From Longimicrobiales bacterium (GTDB taxonomy: Bacteria > Gemmatimonadota > Gemmatimonadetes > Longimicrobiales > Gaopeijiaceae), in assembly GCA_965116905.1 (NCBI GenBank), contig OZ220732.1, forward strand, positions 1,184,001 to 1,248,000: DNA of 64,000 bases. Direction: 5' to 3'. A program made the translations under genes and the position numbers. The notes under the pieces are model-generated. The model was not told the origin of the DNA. It ran no database searches and saw only the letters and a program-made list of their open reading frames with translations. Below, one piece after another: positions 57,338-64,000 of this stretch. Each line of letters begins with the position of its first letter. Positions within the stretch are counted from its first letter, which is position 1.

Positions 57338-58615
57338 CTACACCACCCGCCTCGGAAGCCGCGGGTTCATGCTCTGGATGATCCGCAGGAAGCCGAGTTC
57401 CGTACGCTCGGCCACGGTGTGCGGCAGCACGGCCGGGTGATCCGGCCCGATCAGCGTGGCCACATCGCCCACCTCGACACTCTTCTCCGGACCGACGTCG
57501 AGGATGGTGTGCGCCGAGTTGACCCCGCCCGCGACCGGGTACACGCGGCCGTTGATTAGTACCTCGCACGTACCGTTCGCCTGGGAAGGATACCCGTCGG
57601 TGCGGCCGATCGGGAGGAGCGCGACCCAGGTGGCGCGGTCGGGCATGAAGGTGCGGTTGAAGCCCGCGCTGTCGCCCGGCTCGAGGTGCTCGACCCGCAC
57701 GACCCGCGTTTTCAGGCTGAACACGGGCTTGAGATCGGCCATCTCCCTGGCCTCGTCACCGGGTGGATTCCCGAACAGGGCGTTGCCGGGCCGCACCATG
57801 TCGTAGTGGGCCTCGGGCAGGTGGAAGAGTTCGAAGGTGGGGGCGGCGTGCAGGGTGCCGAGGGGTAGCCGCTTCTCTCGCGCCCAGGCAAGGAGCTCCT
57901 CGAAGCGCGCGTGCTGTTCCCGGTCGAAGTCCAGGTCGTGTGTGAACATGGTGTAGGTGCCGTTCACGTCGACGTGCTCGCTCCGGACGAGTTCCTCGAT
58001 CCAGCGGCGGGCGCGTGTGTAGGGCATCCCCTCGCGGTTCATCCCCGTGTCGATGAAGAGTTGGACGGGAACGGGCCGGCCCAACCGCCCGGACACGCTG
58101 CGCAGCCGCTCCGGCGCGTCGTCCAGCCAGACCGACGGGAGCACGTCGTGCCTCGCCATCTCCTCGATCTCGTCCTCGGACCCCTCGGCCATGACCACGA
58201 TCGGCTTGGTGACGCCCTCCTCGCGCATCGCGAGGGCCTCTTCGACGCGCACGGCCGCGAGGCCGCCCACCTCGGACATGCCCGCGAGAAGCGGTCCGAC
58301 CGCGCGGTCACCCAGCCCGTACGCGTTGTTCTTCACGACGGCGAGGATCGGGCGACCGCCCGCCAACCGCGCGGCTTCGCGGACGTTGTGGGCCCAGGCC
58401 GCGCGGTCAAGTTCGATCCACGGGTCGAAGCGGGTGGGGTTGTAGGTGCGATCGACCGTCAGTGGGACACCTGTGCCGCTGGCGCCCGAGACGGTTCGGT
58501 CGCCCGATCCGCGTGACCGCGCGGTAGATGCGCAGGCGGATGTGGCGGTGACCCCCACGGCGGCGCCGGCCAGGTGGAGGAAACGGCGGCGAGGGAGGTC
58601 GGGCGGGCGATCCAT
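57338..58615 (-). CDS. Alanine racemase-fold PLP protein, Tat lipoprotein, with non-canonical active site
   Basis: RRRFL plus SAC; AVVKNNAYG, DTGMNREG, MVRPG, PRLPR; AGGAGG RBS. Confidence 0.85.
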   Translation of the reverse strand: MDRPPDLPRRRFLHLAGAAVGVTATSACASTARSRGSGDRTVSGASGTGVPLTVDRTYNPTRFDPWIELDRAAWAHNVREAARLAGGRPILAVVKNNAYGLGDRAVGPLLAGMSEVGGLAAVRVEEALAMREEGVTKPIVVMAEGSEDEIEEMARHDVLPSVWLDDAPERLRSVSGRLGRPVPVQLFIDTGMNREGMPYTRARRWIEELVRSEHVDVNGTYTMFTHDLDFDREQHARFEELLAWAREKRLPLGTLHAAPTFELFHLPEAHYDMVRPGNALFGNPPGDEAREMADLKPVFSLKTRVVRVEHLEPGDSAGFNRTFMPDRATWVALLPIGRTDGYPSQANGTCEVLINGRVYPVAGGVNSAHTILDVGPEKSVEVGDVATLIGPDHPAVLPHTVAERTELGFLRIIQSMNPRLPRRVV

Positions 58616-58750
58616 GGGCCCTCCTGGCTTGACGGGCGGTATGTGGAATGGAGCGAATGTACCGGTCGGTCAGGTGGCGGGCCAGAGACCGGGGCGCCGA
58701 CGTGACACCGACAAACGATAAGATTAGTTTTTGGGCGACGATCTAACCCT

Positions 58751-60001
58751 TTGACCGAGGCGACTACGTTGCGGACCAACGCCCCGATCCTGATCACGAC
58801 AGCAGTGGCCGCCGTCCTCGGGTGCGGCGACTCGGCGCCCGGTCCCGGCGACAGTGGTCGTCCCGGCACCCTGGAGGGCCCGGACGTCACGCTGGCCGCG
58901 GCGACCGAGCACGTCTACACGGTCGGTGCGTACATGGGAGAGGACTGGGAGAGCTTCGGTTCGATCGCGGATGTTGCATTCGACGGGGCGGGCAACACAC
59001 ACATTCTCGATAGGCAGGAAGACCGAATCGTAGTGCTGGATCCGGAAGGGAACTTCGTGCGCTTCGTGGGAGGCTCGGGCGAGGGACCGGGCGAATTGCA
59101 GTCGCCGTCGTCGCTCCATGTATATCGAGACGGCGGATACGTTGTAGGTAGCGTGCGCCGTATCGACGTCCTCGGCTCGGACGGGGAACAGCTGCGCCGG
59201 ATGCCGATGGGCATTGCGACCGGTAGCCCCCGCTGGGATGCCAGGGCATTGCCGGACGGAAGTCTGGTGTCAACCGTCCGCCGGTTCGATATCGAGAGGT
59301 TTCGCGAAGGCCTGGAGCAACTGGACCCCCCCGGCCGGCCCATCGAAATCTTCCCCATCGAGCACGGCGAGCCGGAAGTCCTCTACACCGCCTGGGAGCT
59401 GCCCGATCCGGAGGGCGACAGGAGGAGAGTCCGGCGCTCCTCCTCCTCCGATGGCACCTCCAGGATGTCGGCGGGCCGCGCCTTCGAGCCGCGCCTTCAC
59501 TTCGACGTGACCTCCGACGGCCGTCTGGCGGTGGTCGACTCGATCGGATACCGGGTCAAGCTGGTCGCGCGTGACGGCAGCGTGGTTGCCACGGTCGAGC
59601 GCCCGATCGCGCCCCGCGCGGTAACGGAGGTCATGAAGGAGGCCGCGCGCGAACGCTACCGTGCCCGCGAAGTGCCGAGCAGCGTTGGCATCTTCCGCAT
59701 CGAGCGGGAGAGCGTGGACGAGCTGCGGTTCGCGGACGAGATCCCCGTCATCGCCGACATGGCCGTGGACTGGGAGGATCGAATCTGGGTCGAGCGAACC
59801 GGAGCGGACGGGGTCGAACCCGGACCCATCGACATCGTGACCCCGGAAGGAGGCTACGTGGGGACGCTGCCCGCCGACGGAGTCAGGATCCCCAGCGCCT
59901 TTGGACCAGACGGACTGATGGCCTATGTCGAGCCGGACGAGGTGGGCATACCGACCGTTCGCGTGATTCGGCTGGTTTCGTTGCAACCGCTGGGCAAGTA
60001 G
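58751..60001 (+). CDS. 6-bladed beta-propeller (NHL-like) lipoprotein
   Basis: Lipobox VLGC; FGSIADVAFD..G, G.GEGPGEL, DGRLAVVD, AFGPDG. Confidence 0.8.
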   Translation: MTEATTLRTNAPILITTAVAAVLGCGDSAPGPGDSGRPGTLEGPDVTLAAATEHVYTVGAYMGEDWESFGSIADVAFDGAGNTHILDRQEDRIVVLDPEGNFVRFVGGSGEGPGELQSPSSLHVYRDGGYVVGSVRRIDVLGSDGEQLRRMPMGIATGSPRWDARALPDGSLVSTVRRFDIERFREGLEQLDPPGRPIEIFPIEHGEPEVLYTAWELPDPEGDRRRVRRSSSSDGTSRMSAGRAFEPRLHFDVTSDGRLAVVDSIGYRVKLVARDGSVVATVERPIAPRAVTEVMKEAARERYRAREVPSSVGIFRIERESVDELRFADEIPVIADMAVDWEDRIWVERTGADGVEPGPIDIVTPEGGYVGTLPADGVRIPSAFGPDGLMAYVEPDEVGIPTVRVIRLVSLQPLGK

Positions 60002-60046
60002 GGAGCCCCCGCGGCTCTCAGCCGGCCGACCTGAACGGCGCCTGCC

Positions 60047-60628
60047 TCAAGCAGGCGGACCGTCGGGGTGTAGCTCACACTCGGGCGGCTGGAGCCTGGT
60101 CCATGACAGAGCGATGATCGTCCACGACTCGTCGTCGTTGCGGGTAAGCAGCAACGCGTCGGCGCCGCAGTGGCTCAGGTCGTCCCCCACGTAGAAGTCG
60201 TACGGTGTCCAGACCATGGCCAGATCGCCGCTGACGCGCACCTCCGGATCCCACATGCGCTCGATGAGGACTTCCTCGCTGCCTTCCAGCCGCGCGATCA
60301 GCTGATCCCGCGTCGATGTGGAGCTGGATCGCGTGCCGTCGGCCGCCCTCTCCACCGAGTGCATCAGCACATCCGGGTGCATGATCTCGCGGAGGATCTC
60401 GCCGTCGCCCGCGGCCAACGCGTCGAAGATGCCCTGCACGGCGGCCAGAATGGCCTCGCGCTCGGCGTCGGTGGGCATGTGGAGGGCCGGGCTGGCCATC
60501 GCTTCGGTCGCTCCGGCTGTGGCACCGGCCGGATCCGACGCGGCGCCAGCGGCGGCGTCGTCGCCTCCCTGCGTGCAAGACGCGAGCACGAGAACGGTCA
60601 GCAGGGAAGGCAAGGGGATGCGTTTCAT
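60047..60628 (-). CDS. NTF2-like (SnoaL/DUF4440) lipoprotein
   Basis: Lipobox LASC; VSGDLAMVWTPYDF....HCG.D...W.I. Confidence 0.8.
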   Translation of the reverse strand: MKRIPLPSLLTVLVLASCTQGGDDAAAGAASDPAGATAGATEAMASPALHMPTDAEREAILAAVQGIFDALAAGDGEILREIMHPDVLMHSVERAADGTRSSSTSTRDQLIARLEGSEEVLIERMWDPEVRVSGDLAMVWTPYDFYVGDDLSHCGADALLLTRNDDESWTIIALSWTRLQPPECELHPDGPPA

Positions 60629-60756
60629 GATTCGAACCCTCATGTGGACGGAGTTTTCGGGTGGGACCACGAATGAATCATGTCGGGGGCCGAGGACGCC
60701 CGCAACGGGGGGATCCCGTAGGCCAGCGACACGTCGTGTAGCGACGGCTCGCGTCC

Positions 60757-60915
60757 TTGACCGGACACAATGACGATGTCACCATGTCGTTATGTCCGGT
60801 TGCAGTTTCAGCCGAAACGCGTTCCGGCGAGGACGTTAGAGAGATCAAGGAACTGGCCATCGCACACCGCGCGGAGTTGTTCGAGGAATGGGAACGGAGT
60901 CAGAGCGATGAGTGA
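60757..60915 (+). pseudogene. DUF4160-like C-terminal remnant or small ORF (not in ORF track)
   Basis: ..DVREIKELAIAHRAELFEEWERSQSDE*; overlaps the next start; in-frame TAG at 60739 upstream. Confidence 0.4.
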
Positions 60916-61765
60916 GGTAAGGCCGTTCAGCCGAGTTGCCTTCTGTGGGACGGTGGAGGACTGCCTGCCGGATACCCGGTTTCGTTCCTTGGCAACGCAA
61001 CTGTCCGCCACCACCCATCCCGGATCGGCGCCGGGTGTCGTCGTGGCTCTCGCAAGTGAGCTGGTGGGTCCGGAACGGGTCGAACTACCAGACTGGGTGG
61101 ATACGGACACACGCTACCTGGTCGTGCTGGACGTTCCGGAGCAGGCAGCACTGCGTCTCGCCTCGACACTGCGGCTCCACAAGCCGGATCAGCGGCTGCA
61201 AGTGTGCCGAGACCCGTCCGTTGTGAAGCGCCTCGTCATCGCACTCAACCGACCGGCCTCGTGGGAGGGCATCCTTGACGCCTACGTTCTGAAGGACACC
61301 CTGGTAGTGGTCCTGGGGGACATGAGCGCAAGGGAGTTCCCGATCAAGAGGCTCCCTCGGGTACGACGGTTTGCGTCGGCGGTCGTGGGCCGTTTCGTAA
61401 TCGATTCATCTGGTTCCTTCCTGCATTGGCCCGAGCATGACGTGCATATGGGTCCGTCTCAGATGTTCCAGGCCGTAGATCCCATGTATCTCTACGATGT
61501 CGAAATCCGCCGGTACGAAACCGCGAACTTGTCACAGGCCCTCATGGACATGAGAAACGATCGGCAACTGAAGCAGACGGAGATCCCGGGGCTGTCCGAG
61601 AGACACATCCGGCGACTGGAAAAAGAGATGATACAGCTAACGGGCGAGGCGGCAGCCAAGGTTGCGAGTGCGTTCGGGCTGACGCTGCCCGAGTTCCTCG
61701 ACGAATTGAGCGAGCGAATAACGGCTCTGCGAGCGACAGTGCATCCGCATCGGGCGTGCGACTAA
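60908..61765 (+). CDS. Unknown N-terminal domain plus DUF2442-like domain plus XRE-type HTH
   Basis: GSFLHWPEHDVHMG (DUF2442-like); LMDMRNDRQLKQTEI.GLSERHIRRLEK HTH. Confidence 0.65.
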   Translation: MSEVRPFSRVAFCGTVEDCLPDTRFRSLATQLSATTHPGSAPGVVVALASELVGPERVELPDWVDTDTRYLVVLDVPEQAALRLASTLRLHKPDQRLQVCRDPSVVKRLVIALNRPASWEGILDAYVLKDTLVVVLGDMSAREFPIKRLPRVRRFASAVVGRFVIDSSGSFLHWPEHDVHMGPSQMFQAVDPMYLYDVEIRRYETANLSQALMDMRNDRQLKQTEIPGLSERHIRRLEKEMIQLTGEAAAKVASAFGLTLPEFLDELSERITALRATVHPHRACD

Positions 61766-61801
61766 ATGCCACTCCAACTGGTGTGATCTCCGACCACCAC
61801 C

Positions 61802-63197
61802 TCACCAGAAAATCACATACAGCACCGCCGCCCCCGCGATCACGCCTCCCGCCCACCACTTCGCCCCCGGCGCCGGCGTCAGATCCACCTGCGCCGCTGA
61901 TTTCGGCAACACCCGCGGTTCGGCCAAACCCTGACGTAACGTCAGGGTCGCCATGAACGCCGAAATCACCAGGAACGTGATCGCCATGTGATGCAGGAAC
62001 GCGACCTCCGGCAGCGCCCAGAGCAGAACGCCGTAGACGGGAATCCCCAGGATCATCCCCCCGAATGCGGCCACCGGCGGCGTCCGCGGCACGAACAGTC
62101 CGAAGAGGAACGCCGCCACGATCCCGGGCGAGATGAATCCCCAGAACATCTGGATGTACTCGAAGACGCTGCCCGCCCTGGCCACCACCGGCGCCCACAG
62201 GCACCCCACCAGCACCAGAACCGCAGTCGTCCAGCGCCCCACGACCATCAGCCGCCGCGACGACGCCTCTGGCCTCAGGTGCCGCTTGTACAGGTCCACG
62301 CTGAAGATCGTGGCCGCGGAATTGAGCATGGAATCCAGCGAGCTCATCACCGCGCCGAACAGCGCCGCGAACATCGCGCCCGTCAGACCCGCCGGCAGCA
62401 GCTCGCGCATCATCACGGGATACGCCTGGTCGGGATTCGTGACCTGGTCCGCGAAGAGCTCGGCCGCCATGATCCCCGGGAAGATGATGATGAACGGGAT
62501 CGCGAGCTTGATGAAGCCGGCCAGAAACAGCCCGCGCTGCCCGTCTGCCAGGCTCCGCGCCGCGAGCGTCCGCTGCGTGATGAACTGGTTCAGTCCCCAG
62601 TAGAAGAGGTTGGGGATCCAGAGCCCGCCCACGAAGACGGCGAGCCACGGCATCTCCGGGTGATTCCACGGGAGGACGGTGTGCAGCTTGCCGTCGGCGG
62701 CGTCCATGAAAGGCTCGATCCCGCCCATCGCCCTGAACCCCAGCACCGTCACCACCACCCCGCCCAGCAGAAGCGCCGTTCCCTGGATCAGGTCCGACCA
62801 CACGACCGCCTTCAGCCCCCCGTAGATCGTGTAGCCGCCGGCGAGGATCCCGATCAGCCAGATGCCCAGGTTCGTGTCGATGCCGAAGATCGACTCCAGC
62901 GCCAGCGCCCCCGAGTACAGCACCGTCGCCAGCGCGACGAACACGTACGCCGCCATGATGAAGGCCGCCATCAGGGTGCGGGTGCGCACGTCGTAGCGGA
63001 ACTCGAGGTACTCCGGGATCGTGTAGATGCCCGCCTGCAGGAAGCGCGGCAGGAAGAAGAGCCCGACGAGAACAAGGGTGACCGCCGCCATCCACTCGTA
63101 GCTGGCGATCGCGAGGCCCAGCTCGTAGCCCCGGCCCGCCATCCCCACAAAGTGTTCGGTCGAGATGTTGGACGCGATCAGCGAGAACCCGATCAGC
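61802..63197 (-). pseudogene. Sodium:solute symporter (SSS, sugar-type), apparently 5'-truncated
   Basis: LIGFSLIASNISTEHFVGMAG, YTIPEYLE.RY, GGLKAVVWSD.IQ, NQFITQR.LAA; lacks the N-terminal TM and DYFLAGR segment. Confidence 0.7.
61928..61948. repeat. Perfect palindrome ACCCTGACGT-A-ACGTCAGGGT (third copy of the 42 kb motif)
   Basis: Read directly. Confidence 0.8.
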
Positions 63198-63336
63198 TGC
63201 GGCCGCGGGCATGGGGGGTTGCGGAAGGGATTCGCGAAGCTCGACGATAGGCGGGTGCCCGCGCCGATGGCAAACGAGTGTCGCACAACCAACGCGCGTT
63301 CCGCTCGTGTCACAGAAGAGGATGGGAGACCTTCCG

Positions 63337-64000
63337 ATGCTCCAGAGATTCGACGAGCGCAACCGGGACATTCTCGTGAACATCAACGGCGATCTTCATC
63401 ACCGCGATCGGGCGGGCATCAGCCCGTTCGACTCGGTGGTGCAGGGGGGCGACGCCGTCTGGGAGGGACTCCGTCTGTACGACGGAAGGATCTTCAAGCT
63501 CCGCGAGCACCTCGCGCGCCTGCGCTCGTCGGCCCTCGCGCTCGCCTTCGAGGTCATACCGTCGGACGACGAGATCATCGAGGAGATACGGAAGACCCTG
63601 GCCGCGAACCGCATGCGCGACGGCGTCCACATTCGCCTCACGCTGACCCGCGGGGTCAAGGTGACGAGCGGGATGGACCCGCGGCTCAACCGGTCCGGGC
63701 CCACCCTGATCGTCCTCGCCGAACACAAGTCCCCCGTGTACGAGCGGTCGGGACTGCGCCTCGTCACGAGTTCGGTGCGGCGCTTCGATCCGGACACGCT
63801 GGACCCGAAGATCCACCACGCCAACCTGCTCCAGTCGATCCTGGCGAAGATCGAGGCGAACGCGGCGGGTGCGGACGACGCGGTCATGCTGGACCGGCGG
63901 GGGTTCATCGCCGAGACGAATGCCACCCACCTCTTTTTCGTGTCCGACGGGGTCGTCATGACCAGTCATACCGTCGCGTGCCCGGAGGGGATCACGCGCG
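63337..64000 (+). CDS. Class IV aminotransferase (IlvE/PabC-like), 3' partial; not in ORF track
   Basis: MLQRFDERN.. ISPFDS...GDAVWEGLR.Y, HLARL..SA, LTRG, KIHHANLL, AETNAT, EGITR; GGGAG RBS. Confidence 0.92.
   Translation, partial: MLQRFDERNRDILVNINGDLHHRDRAGISPFDSVVQGGDAVWEGLRLYDGRIFKLREHLARLRSSALALAFEVIPSDDEIIEEIRKTLAANRMRDGVHIRLTLTRGVKVTSGMDPRLNRSGPTLIVLAEHKSPVYERSGLRLVTSSVRRFDPDTLDPKIHHANLLQSILAKIEANAAGADDAVMLDRRGFIAETNATHLFFVSDGVVMTSHTVACPEGITR

Noticed and set aside
60673..60915. Stop-codon readthrough at TAG 60739 giving a full DUF4160 protein
   Set aside because: The upstream peptide lacks a convincing HxPPHxH motif, and TAG is a normal stop elsewhere in the window.
63310..63969. 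Minus-strand ORFs at the right end
   Set aside because: They are antisense to the class IV aminotransferase that runs off the window.
1..64000. tRNA, rRNA, transposase, integrase or prophage genes
   Set aside because: None recognised; intergenic gaps are short. A covariance-model scan would be needed to exclude small RNAs.

Overview
High-GC, densely coding bacterial chromosome segment with about 46 CDS. I saw no rRNA, tRNA, CRISPR array or transposase. The gene content (SusC/SusD, Gld-like ABC cassette, DUF4837, DUF5916, DUF4249, EcxA-type metalloprotease, plug-only TonB-like protein, many signal-peptide hydrolases) suggests an FCB-group organism, most likely Gemmatimonadota and possibly marine or host-associated; this is an inference. 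Housekeeping genes are dnaE, a 5'-3' flap exonuclease, family-5 UDG, fabH, two PPIases and a class IV aminotransferase. Most of the rest encodes exported peptidases/hydrolases and envelope proteins. Most interesting points: (1) a 15.5-32.5 kb envelope cluster in which two di-heme DUF1111 paralogues bracket a Gld-like ABC cassette and a Cys-motif SusC with two SusD, next to His- or CxxC-bearing lipoproteins (candidate metal/redox-linked uptake system); (2) a 20-bp tandem repeat that creates a relay of ATGA-coupled MKGDTRR mini-ORFs; (3) a Tat-lipoprotein alanine-racemase homologue lacking the catalytic Tyr; (4) a chymotrypsin-type protease nested inside an SdrD-B-like domain; (5) a recurring CCCTGACGT-A-ACGTCAGGG palindrome; (6) a DUF4160-remnant/DUF2442-HTH islet beside a 5'-truncated sodium:solute symporter. 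All family calls come from motif recognition by eye, not database searches, and start codons are best estimates.
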